DNA of 64,000 nucleotides from a virus (IMGVR_UViG_3300033066_002329:24944-88943), one strand, 5' to 3'. Positions 26,044 to 36,089 are shown, counted from the first letter of the stretch. The notes: generated by a model from the letters alone, not told the origin. Numbers and translations are program-made.

Positions 26044-26373
26044 ATTTAATGTAGACATTTCTTCTATTGCTTGAAAATTATCATCTATTTTTTTACAAAT
26101 AGCTTTAAAGTTTTTTATAATTTCATCAGAGAATCTAAACCATTCACCTTCAAGTTTATTTCCATCTTCTTCATGAGCTTGAAATGATGAATAACTATTA
26201 TGGATAGCTGCTTCTATTTGAGAAGCTCTATTTGTTTTATAAAAATCAGTAACAAGCAATTTTTTTGCACTGCCAGTTTGCAATTCTTTTAAACGTTTTT
26301 GAGGATTTTTCTTGGTAAAGCCAACCTTACAAACATTTGAGCCTTCTACTTGTATTAAATAAACAAATTTCAC
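26029..26373 (-). CDS. GIY-YIG nuclease (T5orf172/MUG113-like); start probably non-ATG
   Basis: VYLIQ, KVGFT, RLKELQTG, GEWF. Confidence 0.8.
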   Translation of the reverse strand: MKFVYLIQVEGSNVCKVGFTKKNPQKRLKELQTGSAKKLLVTDFYKTNRASQIEAAIHNSYSSFQAHEEDGNKLEGEWFRFSDEIIKNFKAICKKIDDNFQAIEEMSTLNKKAT

Positions 26374-26408
26374 AATTAAATATATAACTTATTTTTTTAA
26401 TAAACAAA

Positions 26409-26825
26409 TTATTGCATACCTGAATTATCAAAATAATATTTATATCCTTCTTCATTATTATCAATTTCTGACATAGGAATTTTATGAGCAATTGATTTTA
26501 TATATGGTATTAACTCTACAATTATTTCATTGTCTTCGGATTCAGTTAATCTATTAATTTCCATATATCCTCTAAGTAATCCTCCATAAATAATATAACA
26601 CCTTTTCCCAGGTATTGTTTTGGGGACTGAACCTACTATAATATCAAGAGTTTGAGAATTAGCTTTTAATTTTATAAAATAAGCTATATATTCAGACCAA
26701 CTTCTATCTTTAGGTAAAGATATAATTATATCTCTATCTTGTAAATCTGTTATTTTTTTAAGGATATCCATATACAATAAATAATATTCAAAAAAACAAA
26801 ACCCCGCTTTACAGCAGGGTTTCAT
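26409..26825 (-). CDS. Hypothetical protein (probable start MDILKK)
   Basis: ORF between TROVE and GIY-YIG. Confidence 0.55.
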   Translation of the reverse strand: MKPCCKAGFCFFEYYLLYMDILKKITDLQDRDIIISLPKDRSWSEYIAYFIKLKANSQTLDIIVGSVPKTIPGKRCYIIYGGLLRGYMEINRLTESEDNEIIVELIPYIKSIAHKIPMSEIDNNEEGYKYYFDNSGMQ

Positions 26826-26843
26826 AAGAATAATATTATTTTA

Positions 26844-28295
26844 TTATAATTCTACACTATTTTTAATTGTATTAGTAAGAATGTTAATATCTTGCTCTGC
26901 AAGTTTCATAAGGTCAAAAATCTTTTCAGAAAATCCAACTAAAAAAATCACCTTATTTCCAACAAATTGAATTGTTGGATTACCTGCTAAATCAAAATTA
27001 TATAAAAATGGATTTGCCCCTGTTTTCTTTTTATAATCATTAAAGCAATATTGACTTGAATTCATTTGACCCCAAGCTTCTCCATCTGATAATATAATCA
27101 AACGGTCATATTTATTTTTTTCTTTATCCATTAATTCAAAAAACTTACTATATTTTGTTCCTCCAAGGTCAATTCCATTAAACTTTTCACTGATAGTAAA
27201 AATACTATCTTTTAAATTAAAGTTTACATAATTAGCAGTATCTCCAAATACAATTACATCAGCATTATTTGATTTTGCTAATACAGCAGCAAATAAACCT
27301 CCAATTTTAGTTGGTTGACCACGCATAGAACCTGAACGGTCATATATTACACAAGTTTTTCCTGGTAATGCTGGAACATTAGAACAAGATATTTCAATAG
27401 CATCTTCTAATGCTGAGATAACTTGTCTCGAATTGCTTCCTCCTACTTTTTGCAATTCCTCAATTGCAGTTACAAATTGAAAAGGTAATATTAAAGACTT
27501 GGAAATTAAATTTTTATCTCTAAGCAAATTACATGCAGCATCTATAGACTCAGGAGATTGAATCATTATATTTCTCAAATTTCTTACAAGAGCTAAATAA
27601 CCAATCTTCTTAGTTTCAATAAGTTCTTTCCAAACTTGAGCCTTTTTTTCATTTTTATCATTACCTGAATTAGACTGTCCTGCCTCAGAAAGTTTTGCCT
27701 CCCATGTATCTGTATTTTTTAAAGTACCATTAATAAGTTCAGCAAGAGCTTTCTTGTTTTTATTTGTTGCTTTAGGATGTACTAAATTAACAATATCAAC
27801 AAGAGAAACTTCATTTCCTTCTCCTTTATATTTTGCCAATTGATATCCATCAAATTTATCAAATGCCTTCGAAAATCCTTTTTTCAGAGAATTTGGTAAA
27901 GCCTTATTTTTATTTTTAATAAAATAATAAGATATAATTTCACTCATATCATCTGGTCTATTAATAATATCTTCAAAGAATTTTTTACTCCATTCTTTAC
28001 CTGACAAGTATTTCGCAACTTCAACTGCAAGTACATGAGTAATAGAACGCATACCAAATGTAGTTCTTGCATATATAGCAGCTTTTGCTGCAAATTTTGG
28101 GTCTACTTTTGTTAGTAATTCAGGAATCCTTTTTAAGGTATCTGTAGACTTTTTATAAAATTGGTCTTGTACAAATGAAGTTAAAAGAATTGACACTAAT
28201 TCTACTTCTGCTGTTTTTTCATATGCTTGACCACCTGCATAATTAACAGCTTCAACTCTCTGTGGAGTTATCTTTTTTGTGTTAAATTTTCCCAT
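26844..28295 (-). CDS. TROVE/Ro60 (Rsr-like) RNA-binding protein with a vWA domain
   Basis: RPDDM, FDGYQLAKY, LVDIVNLVHPK, TWE, YLALVRNLRN, LPFQF, MIDAS DRSGSM. Confidence 0.95.
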   Translation of the reverse strand: MGKFNTKKITPQRVEAVNYAGGQAYEKTAEVELVSILLTSFVQDQFYKKSTDTLKRIPELLTKVDPKFAAKAAIYARTTFGMRSITHVLAVEVAKYLSGKEWSKKFFEDIINRPDDMSEIISYYFIKNKNKALPNSLKKGFSKAFDKFDGYQLAKYKGEGNEVSLVDIVNLVHPKATNKNKKALAELINGTLKNTDTWEAKLSEAGQSNSGNDKNEKKAQVWKELIETKKIGYLALVRNLRNIMIQSPESIDAACNLLRDKNLISKSLILPFQFVTAIEELQKVGGSNSRQVISALEDAIEISCSNVPALPGKTCVIYDRSGSMRGQPTKIGGLFAAVLAKSNNADVIVFGDTANYVNFNLKDSIFTISEKFNGIDLGGTKYSKFFELMDKEKNKYDRLIILSDGEAWGQMNSSQYCFNDYKKKTGANPFLYNFDLAGNPTIQFVGNKVIFLVGFSEKIFDLMKLAEQDINILTNTIKNSVEL

Positions 28296-28327
28296 TTTCT
28301 TTTTTTTAAGGGTTAAACATTTTATGC

Positions 28328-28361
28328 AAAAAAAAAGGACATCATCTTACGACAATATCCC
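28328..28361 (-). terminator. Leader (attenuator) terminator upstream of the TROVE start
   Basis: GGGATATTGTC-GTAA-GATGATGTCCT, 11-bp stem with GNRA loop, ending in a T9 tract 33 nt before the ATG. Confidence 0.85.
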
Positions 28362-28440
28362 ATTCAAACACACTAAAATAAGTTGTATAATTTTATAGCC
28401 TGAAATATTCAGGCACTTCCTTATCTTAGTATTTATTTTT

Positions 28441-28510
28441 ATAGGGATATTGTAAAAAGAGTATTTTGATAAATCTTGGTAATCGAAGTAACTCTTTTAG
28501 TCGCCACTAT
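28441..28510 (-). ncRNA. Y-RNA-like stem in the TROVE leader
   Basis: Terminal helix ATAGTGG/TCCCTAT, bulged C followed by GA, internal loop, second helix AAAAGAGT/ACTCTTTT. Its 3' strand ACAATATCCC is the exact complement of the terminator 5' arm. Confidence 0.65.
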
Positions 28511-28697
28511 TTTTTTACTTTTATAAATAACTAATATTATATATATTTAAAATTTAATAAAACACTTCTCTTAAATCAAATATTTTTATGTTTTTTTTGT
28601 AACTTATTGATTTTCAATGCTAAAATTACTTATTAACTTATATTTTTTTTTCTTTTTACGCAAAAAAACATTTATATTTATAAATAAACAGGTTGAT

Positions 28698-28961
28698 ATG
28701 GAAAACAATAAAGAAGAAACAAAAGACAAAGCAATCAATGAAGAAATAAAAGATACAGAAATCTTTTCATTTAGTTGTCTCGTTAATATTATTTTAGATT
28801 ATTATAGTGAAACTTCTTCTGAAGAAGATTCGTCTGAAGCTTGGAAAAAAGGAACAGAACACGAAGAAAAAGGTGGAGTATCAGTTCCTAATGATGTAGA
28901 TGATTTAGTAAAGAAAGCATTTAAATCTCAATTAAAAAAATTTATAAATAAAAATGTTTAG
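28698..28961 (+). CDS. Hypothetical acidic protein
   Basis: Start re-placed at MENNKEE, downstream of a TATTTATA element. Confidence 0.7.
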   Translation: MENNKEETKDKAINEEIKDTEIFSFSCLVNIILDYYSETSSEEDSSEAWKKGTEHEEKGGVSVPNDVDDLVKKAFKSQLKKFINKNV

Positions 28962-29769
28962 TGATAACAATTTAATATTATTTTTACTTTGTATTATACC
29001 AGTAGTATTTTATTCACTTTTTATTTTTGCTAATTCTCCTTCTTTTTCAATAAGATTAAAGGCTTCTTTCACTTATTTGTATACAGGTTTATTATCAGTT
29101 ACTTTGTTACAATTTATTCATTTTATATTTCCTCATTTACATGATGTATTTTTACAAATTAATGTAGAAAAATTTACAATACAAAATGAGAATTTTAATT
29201 TTGTACAACCTACACTTGGCTCAATCATTCTATTTGCATTTATTCAAGTAGCATTATTTGAAGAACTATCAAAATGGGTAGCTTTTAAATGCGTAAGCTA
29301 TATGCGTGGCAGAAGAAGAAAAAACTTAGACCATCCTTATGCTATAATGTTTTATTCCTCATTAGTAGCAGCAGCTTTTTCTATAGTTGAAAATATTCAA
29401 TATGCTCAACGAGCTATGTCTGGTGAATTTGGAATTGTAGAACCTTCAGATATTTTAACCATAAGAGCTGTTACATCAGTAATTGTTCATATGGCCTGTG
29501 GTTTATTTATGGGTTATTATATGGGTCTGTCCAAAGGTTGCAACAAGCCAAAGGTAATTTTATATAATACAATAGGTATTATATTAGCAACTTTTACGCA
29601 TGGAATCTATGATTTTAATTTAATGAGAACAAATACTGCAAGTGATTTTTTTCATTGCTTCGGAACTGAAATACACATTCCAAGTTTAGTGATAATAAGT
29701 TTCAGCTTATTATCTTGCTATTTAATGTCTTGCTACTTAAAAACTAAAGAGACTACTAATCTTCAGTAA
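28954..29769 (+). CDS. prsW: PrsW-family intramembrane protease
   Basis: LFEELSK, FSIVENIQY, HMACG, HGIYDF motifs in a multi-TM protein. Confidence 0.9.
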   Translation: MFSDNNLILFLLCIIPVVFYSLFIFANSPSFSIRLKASFTYLYTGLLSVTLLQFIHFIFPHLHDVFLQINVEKFTIQNENFNFVQPTLGSIILFAFIQVALFEELSKWVAFKCVSYMRGRRRKNLDHPYAIMFYSSLVAAAFSIVENIQYAQRAMSGEFGIVEPSDILTIRAVTSVIVHMACGLFMGYYMGLSKGCNKPKVILYNTIGIILATFTHGIYDFNLMRTNTASDFFHCFGTEIHIPSLVIISFSLLSCYLMSCYLKTKETTNLQ

Positions 29770-30304
29770 CAACTGTACCATTTTTAATATAATAACTCAT
29801 TTCATCAAAGATACAAGTTAATATATCCATCAATGTAAATTTTACTTTTAGCTTTAAATTTACATCATTATGTTTAAGCTCAATATTATCATCTATAATC
29901 AAAGATAAACTTCCAAGCTTATCAGAACCTATCTCACCTTCTAAAGCTTCTATAAACTCAATTTCTGGAAGAATATAGACAAATTCTTCATCTGATAAAA
30001 ACTCATCTGATTCTATAACCATTTTTTTATACAATCTTACTGCTTTATATTTTTTATCTAATTTAGTTGCAGTCGCAAATGCTCTAACAACTTCATATTC
30101 TTCTGAAAAATATCCCTTAATAAATTCTCTAAGGCCATAAAGTCCATGAACAAGTTCTTCAATTTTTACATCTTCATCAATTGTAACATAGAAACCCAGA
30201 AGTTGCATTAAATATTCATTTATATTTTCTACTCCTTCTGTTGTTACTAATCCATCTTCTATGTAAAAATTACCATTCTTTTTTATGCTTAATAAATTCT
30301 TCAT
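29756..30304 (-). CDS. Hypothetical protein
   Basis: 182-aa acidic ORF coupled to the ClpC C-half. Confidence 0.7.
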   Translation of the reverse strand: MKNLLSIKKNGNFYIEDGLVTTEGVENINEYLMQLLGFYVTIDEDVKIEELVHGLYGLREFIKGYFSEEYEVVRAFATATKLDKKYKAVRLYKKMVIESDEFLSDEEFVYILPEIEFIEALEGEIGSDKLGSLSLIIDDNIELKHNDVNLKLKVKFTLMDILTCIFDEMSYYIKNGTVVTED

Positions 30305-31524
30305 TATTTTACAGTTACAGCATTTAATTTTTCATCAAACTTCAGTTTTAATACAGTTCCTGGCTTAACTTTTTTACCTAATAAAAATTTAGCAATTGGA
30401 GTTTCTACATATGATGTAATTGCTCTCTTAAGAGGTCTTGCTCCATAGTCTCTATCATATCCATTATCCATAAGAAATTTCTTAACAGACATATCAATAT
30501 TTACTTTGTAACCTTTATTCTCAATTCTACTAATCATATGACCCAATTCAATATCAACAATTTTTAAAATATTTTCTTCTGAAAGAGGCTGAAAAACTAT
30601 CTTTTCATCAATTCTATTTAATAACTCAGGTCTAAATTCTTTTTTAAGTTCAGACATGACTTTTTCTGTAACTGAATCATCAATAGAATTGCCTACTGCA
30701 AAACCAAGTTTTTTATCGGTTAATATTTTTTCTGTTCCAATGTTAGAAGTCATGATGATAATTGTATTCTTAAAATTTATTTCTTTACCATGAGAATCAG
30801 AAAGTTTACCCTCATCAAGAACTTGTAATAAAATATTAAAAATATCCTTATGAGCTTTTTCAATTTCATCAAATAAAACAATTGAATATGGTTTGTTTTT
30901 TACTTTTTCTGTTAGTAAACCCTTTTCTTCATGGCCAACATATCCAGGAGGAGCACCTATTAATTTAGATACATTAAATTTCTCCATATATTCAGACATA
31001 TCAAATCGTATAAATGATTCATCAGTATCAAACAAATACCTTGATAATATCTTTGCTAAGTGAGTATTGTGAGACAATATACCATTTGTATAATATCTCC
31101 TATTAGAATTTTCATCCAATTCAAGGTCATACATTTCTTCGAAAAACCCAGTAGCAACTATTGATTTTATTTCGTCAATCTCAAGTTCTCCATTCCCGCT
31201 ATCTACATATATTAAATCACCCACTGACAAGTTTGCAACAAAAATTTCATCCATTAAATAGTCGAAAACTATATGGTTATCTGCGCACCTTATTTCTTTT
31301 CCAGATTTAGTTTTTAGTTCATACACTTCATATGGTATGGTTGTATGTAAATTAACAATATCAATAAACCCTTCGTCAGTCAACACTTCATAATCTAATA
31401 CTTTTTTTGTTTCTACTATTTTTTTATATCCATCAAACTCTTTTTTGTCTAATATAAAAAACTGTGGTCCATTTTCTCTTTTTCCTTCTATCATAATTTT
31501 TAAGTTAAATATTAAAATACTCAA
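30304..31524 (-). CDS. clpC: C-intein (31066-31524) fused to the C-terminal half of ClpC (AAA-2 domain)
   Basis: CADNHIVF (block B), YYTNGILSHN|T (block G); then DMSEYME, GAPPGYVG, LFDEIEKAH, RPELLNRID, GARPLKR. Confidence 0.93.
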   Translation of the reverse strand: MSILIFNLKIMIEGKRENGPQFFILDKKEFDGYKKIVETKKVLDYEVLTDEGFIDIVNLHTTIPYEVYELKTKSGKEIRCADNHIVFDYLMDEIFVANLSVGDLIYVDSGNGELEIDEIKSIVATGFFEEMYDLELDENSNRRYYTNGILSHNTHLAKILSRYLFDTDESFIRFDMSEYMEKFNVSKLIGAPPGYVGHEEKGLLTEKVKNKPYSIVLFDEIEKAHKDIFNILLQVLDEGKLSDSHGKEINFKNTIIIMTSNIGTEKILTDKKLGFAVGNSIDDSVTEKVMSELKKEFRPELLNRIDEKIVFQPLSEENILKIVDIELGHMISRIENKGYKVNIDMSVKKFLMDNGYDRDYGARPLKRAITSYVETPIAKFLLGKKVKPGTVLKLKFDEKLNAVTVK

Positions 31525-31932
31525 TTATTTTTTTATCATATTACTTTTAATGCTTTTATGAATATTATATTTAATACTCTCGCCATATTCTAAAATTTTT
31601 TTAATAATATAACTATTTAACTCACCATTTAAAGTTGCCATTACTTCTTCATCAATAATATCTTCACTTTCACATATTCTTAAAGTTAAATGAAATATTT
31701 CATGTGATAACGTACTTATATCTATAATATAATTGTCTCTTTTTATAAATAGAATAATTTTATTTGTATTATAAAAACAAATTACACATCCATTTATTTT
31801 TTCTATTTTAGATTTTACAATACTGTGTTTTTCATATAATTTTGTTACACTTTTAAAGTCTGACGAAATTAATACATGTATTAATTTCGTCACATTTTTA
31901 ATTTTTATAATAAACTCTAAATCTTTCACCAT
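31525..31932 (-). CDS. Hypothetical protein with a HExxH-like motif, between the split clpC halves
   Basis: TLSHEIFHL...DEE. Confidence 0.6.
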   Translation of the reverse strand: MVKDLEFIIKIKNVTKLIHVLISSDFKSVTKLYEKHSIVKSKIEKINGCVICFYNTNKIILFIKRDNYIIDISTLSHEIFHLTLRICESEDIIDEEVMATLNGELNSYIIKKILEYGESIKYNIHKSIKSNMIKK

Positions 31933-31937
31933 GCCTA

Positions 31938-32513
31938 TTATATATTATATATGAACAATGCAGAATACTCTTTTTTTGAATTAAATTCTTTAATCTGTTT
32001 CATATACATACCATATGATAAATTTTTTTGCATATTGTTATCTAAAACAACTTTATAAGTTTCACCAATAATTCCCATTATTTTTTGCGTTTTTAGAGAA
32101 TTTAATTCTTTTTTTTCTTCTTCATTAAACTCTCTAAAATATTCACTATCTCTAATTATACTTAAGATTTCACTTGAAACAAAGATAGTGTTTATTTTTT
32201 TACCACTTCTATACATATGAACATTTGATAGTTGTGAAACACTTTTAATAAAAGTTGCGTTCCATTCCTTTTGGTTTCCATGAAAATTTGATTTATTTTT
32301 AAAACCATTATAATCCCATGATGCAGTACAAGGCAAAACAAACTCCTTAATATCTTCCCCCAATTCTGCAACTTCATCCTCAGCTAATATGTCATTATCA
32401 TATTTTTTAAATATCTTTGTATATACTTTGTTTTTTTTAATATCATAATTTAGAGTTGATATTGTTTTCATTGTTTTCATTGTTTTCATTGTTTTTAAAT
32501 TATTAATAAACAA
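31938..32513 (-). CDS. Hypothetical protein between the split clpC halves
   Basis: 191-aa ORF; ATGAAAACA repeated three times (MKTMKTMKT) near the start. Confidence 0.65.
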   Translation of the reverse strand: MFINNLKTMKTMKTMKTISTLNYDIKKNKVYTKIFKKYDNDILAEDEVAELGEDIKEFVLPCTASWDYNGFKNKSNFHGNQKEWNATFIKSVSQLSNVHMYRSGKKINTIFVSSEILSIIRDSEYFREFNEEEKKELNSLKTQKIMGIIGETYKVVLDNNMQKNLSYGMYMKQIKEFNSKKEYSALFIYNI

Positions 32514-32523
32514 ATATACATTT

Positions 32524-34056
32524 TTATTTAATTATTTCCAAAAATTTTAGGCATTTATCTACAACTTCTTGTTTATTGTTTTTATATTCATTTTCACTCA
32601 CATGTAAAACTTCATATCCACAACTTTTTATAGATATATCTCGCCTTTCTTCTCTTTTTTTATTTTCTGGATTCAATCTGTGATAATAAGTACCATCAAA
32701 TTCGATTATTTTTTTATCTTCTAACACGAAAAAATCTGGTAATACAACTTTATCATCCAGACTCAATCTATATTCATTGTTTTTATCCTCAATCTCTTTT
32801 TCTTTTATCTCTTGGTTTAATGTAGCAAAAAACACCTGCCTCTTAAGTTTATAGCACAAAGGCATCTCTTTGTAAATCTCCCAAAATAATTTCTGTGATA
32901 TTTTTGAGTAATTATTTCTCTTGTAATTTTTTAGCCACTTTTCCTGTCTATCTCTCCATCTTTTTTCTCCATCTTCTTTTCCATGATTTTCAATACACTT
33001 TTCTAAAGAAAATGTAGACTGTCTTTCTCTTAATTTTTCTTTTGCATCTTCTTCTGAGTGACCGTTGTTTATCCAATACCCAATTTGTGTTTGTGTCACA
33101 GCTGAATATGCGCCAGGATTTTCTTCTCTTTTTTTTGTAAACTTAATTGAGTTACTTTTTTGTAACTCTCTCACCTTGTATTTTGACTCGACTTCTGAAA
33201 ACCCTTTCTTTGTCCAAAATTCTTCTTGAGTAGGAGATAAACATATTTCATCAATTTCCAAATCAGAATATCCATATTTTTTAAGATTTTCTTTTGTTGG
33301 TATGAATGGATTTATTCTTTTTTTAGAATTTTCAGATTGTATTTTAAATATTTCTTTTTTTGCGTCTTCCTCAGAATATCCTTTTTTCATCCAACTTTCA
33401 ATAGATAAGGTGTTTTTTTCTTTAATTTTCTTTGCTATATTTCCAATCATCTTAATAGCAACATCATTCGGCAAAAAAGATAAATATTTATCATTTTTTT
33501 TCATGTTATGCGTTTTACAGTCATTAGACGAACATCCAATTATTTTATAATAAAATTTATCAGATATATTATTTATATTAACTCTTTTTAAAATTAAATC
33601 GCTATTACACTCATTGCAAATAGGTTTATTTTTTGAATAAAATATTCCAGATATAAATCTAAATTCTTTTTCTGAACCATTTACAATTAACACATTCTTG
33701 TCCTTATTATGTATATTCCTTGTATTAGACTGCTTTATTGCTCTTTCTGATTTATCTTTCTGTATTATGTTATTTGATTCATCATTGCTCCAACCACGTT
33801 CAATCCAGAACTCTTTTTTTGTTACATTTTTATACTTAAAACTAAATCCTCTATGTAAATTTCTTGTTAGTCTTGTATATTGAATAACTTCATCTGTTAT
33901 GGAAAAAAAACTATAGGCCTGTTTTATTTTATCTTCTATAATTTTACTATCAAATTTAAGAGAAGAATAATTTATTTTTAAATATTCAATAAACGAATCA
34001 ACTGTTGGAAACAATATTACAAACTCTTTTCTTTTTCTTTCATGCACTATTAACAT
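32524..34056 (-). mobile_element. Vsr-like (PD-(D/E)xK) homing endonuclease inside the fractured clpC
   Basis: Repeats of W-x-x-x-G-Y/W-S-E-E-D-A-K; C-terminal LPDF...IIEFDGTYYH. Confidence 0.8.
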
Positions 34057-34149
34057 ATTTTTTTAATTTTATTATAAATAGTAATTAAAAAATACTTAAA
34101 CCAACAAATAGAAACTAAAAAGTGGGTTGAAGTGGGTTAGGAAAACGAT

Positions 34150-35496
34150 TTATAATCTTTTTTTCAACTCATCTATACTAATAGACTCAATCACTCCAGT
34201 AGACTTTCGCCTTGTAACTATTTGACTATCAGAACAAAAACATTTACCTACACCAGTTGAACCCAAAAATAAAAATGAAGCAATAGGCTTATTAGGGTCT
34301 TGGACTCCTATTCTTGACCTTTGAATTGCATCCGTAATTTTAGTTATTGCTTCATCTTGACCTATAATTCTTTCTTTTAAATAAGAATCTAATTGAAGTA
34401 GTTTTTCATTTTCAGAATCTGTCAATTTATTAAGAGGAATTCCCGTTTGTTTAGAAATTATTTTTGCTACATCTTCAACAGTTACTTGAATTTTAATTTC
34501 TTTAGATTTCTTATGCCAGCTAATATTCTCTTCTTCAATTTTGATATTAATATCTCTAATTGAGTCTCTGAATTTTGCCGCAGATTCATAATTTTGTTGA
34601 CGTGCTGCTTCTTTCTTTTTTAATTCAGCTTCTTTTAATTCTAATTCTAATTTTTTGATTTCTTCTGAAACAAATACATTTGATAATTTAACCCTTGAAC
34701 CTACTTCATCCATTAAATCAATTGCTTTATCTGGAAAGTTTCTATAAGTAATATATCTATCTGCTAATTCAACACATTTTTCAAGTATTTCATCTGAAAA
34801 TACTACGCCATGATATTCTTCATATTTATCACTAATTTGTTTTAATATACTTACGGTTTCTTCTTTGGTTGGTATATTAACATATACTTTTTGAAATCGT
34901 CTTTCAAGAGCGCTATCTGTCTCTATTACTTTCTTATATTCATCAACAGTAGTTGCTCCAATACATCTCATATCTCCTCTTGCAAGAGCAGGTTTAATAA
35001 TATTTGCAGCATCCATAGAACCAGAAGCTCCACCAGCACCAATTACATTATGTAATTCATCAATAAAAAGAATAATATCTGGATTATTTTGAACTTCTTT
35101 AATAATCTCTTCCATTCTTTGTTCGAATTCTCCACGATATTTAGTTCCTGATACAACAGAAGTAATATTTAACTCAATAATTCTTTTATTGAATAACCAT
35201 CTATCAATTTGCTTATTGTGTATTCTAATTGCTAAACCTTCAACTATAGCTGTTTTACCAACGCCTGGTTCTCCAATTAAAATAGGATTGTTTTTTTTCT
35301 TCTTATTTAAGATTTGAATAGTTTGGTCTATTTCATCTTCTCTGCCTATTACAGGGCTTAAAGTTCCCTTAGCTGCTAACACTGTTAAGTCCTTGCCAAA
35401 ATTGTCCAAAAAAGGAGTGCTTGTCTTAGTCTTTTTGATTTTATCAATACTTGACCCTTCATCTTCTTCTGGGCCGAATGCTCTATTTTTGTCCAT
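34150..35496 (-). CDS. clpC: N-terminal half of ClpC (AAA-1, UVR middle domain) ending in a 30-aa N-intein (34153-34242)
   Basis: GEPGVGKT, FIDELH, ALERRFQ, PDKAIDLMDE, GQDEA, GSTGVGK|CFCSDSQIV...*; no Clp N-domain. Confidence 0.93.
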   Translation of the reverse strand: MDKNRAFGPEEDEGSSIDKIKKTKTSTPFLDNFGKDLTVLAAKGTLSPVIGREDEIDQTIQILNKKKKNNPILIGEPGVGKTAIVEGLAIRIHNKQIDRWLFNKRIIELNITSVVSGTKYRGEFEQRMEEIIKEVQNNPDIILFIDELHNVIGAGGASGSMDAANIIKPALARGDMRCIGATTVDEYKKVIETDSALERRFQKVYVNIPTKEETVSILKQISDKYEEYHGVVFSDEILEKCVELADRYITYRNFPDKAIDLMDEVGSRVKLSNVFVSEEIKKLELELKEAELKKKEAARQQNYESAAKFRDSIRDINIKIEEENISWHKKSKEIKIQVTVEDVAKIISKQTGIPLNKLTDSENEKLLQLDSYLKERIIGQDEAITKITDAIQRSRIGVQDPNKPIASFLFLGSTGVGKCFCSDSQIVTRRKSTGVIESISIDELKKRL

Positions 35497-35552
35497 ATTT
35501 TTATTTCTTTTTTTAAATATAATTGTTAAAACTTAAAAAACCAAAAAATTAA

Positions 35553-35747
35553 TTAACTCTTTGGCTTAAGCTCTATAAAATAAATATTATTATTTTTTTT
35601 GTCTGCAGATATAGATAATACATCAAATTTATTAACAGAATAAGCAGCTCTAACCTTATCCCATATAGCATCGAATCCCTCTTTCTCTATTTCTCTGGAA
35701 GTAACTGATATTACTATCTTTTCCAGAGTTCTTTGTATAAACTCCAT
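35553..35747 (-). CDS. Small hypothetical protein
   Basis: 64-aa ORF in the dominant orientation. Confidence 0.55.
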   Translation of the reverse strand: MEFIQRTLEKIVISVTSREIEKEGFDAIWDKVRAAYSVNKFDVLSISADKKNNNIYFIELKPKS

Positions 35748-35858
35748 AATATAAATTATATATTATAAATAATAATATAATTCTTTTAAATATCAATGTT
35801 TATAAGTGTTTTAAAAAAAATAAATAAAAAAAATCCGAGAAAAAATCTCGGATTTATA

Positions 35859-36089
35859 TTAACTGTTTATTTTTTTCTGAAATCTTTTTAGAATCTTTAT
35901 CTTTAAATTAATCTCTGAAAAATTTTCTTGATTAATTCTTAATTCTATATTATCTGATTTTGCAGCGGATGAAGGATTATTTTCAATAAAAGACTGAATT
36001 ATATTTCTTTTTTTATTTTCTAATAAATATATTTTCTTTTTAACGCATAAGCGTTTTATTAGTTTGTGTATTTTATTTTTATAAACCAT
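35859..36089 (-). CDS. Small basic hypothetical protein
   Basis: Overlaps the stop of the RadA-like gene; followed by a hairpin. Confidence 0.45.
   Translation of the reverse strand: MVYKNKIHKLIKRLCVKKKIYLLENKKRNIIQSFIENNPSSAAKSDNIELRINQENFSEINLKIKILKRFQKKINS

Noticed and set aside
32461-32493. ATGAAAACA x3 as a regulatory repeat
   Set aside because: Most simply a slippage duplication of the start region (MKT x3).
34057-34150. Frameshift, sequencing error or group I intron as the explanation for the broken clpC
   Set aside because: Both halves carry complementary intein blocks at the exact Walker A junction, and whole genes with their own starts lie between them.
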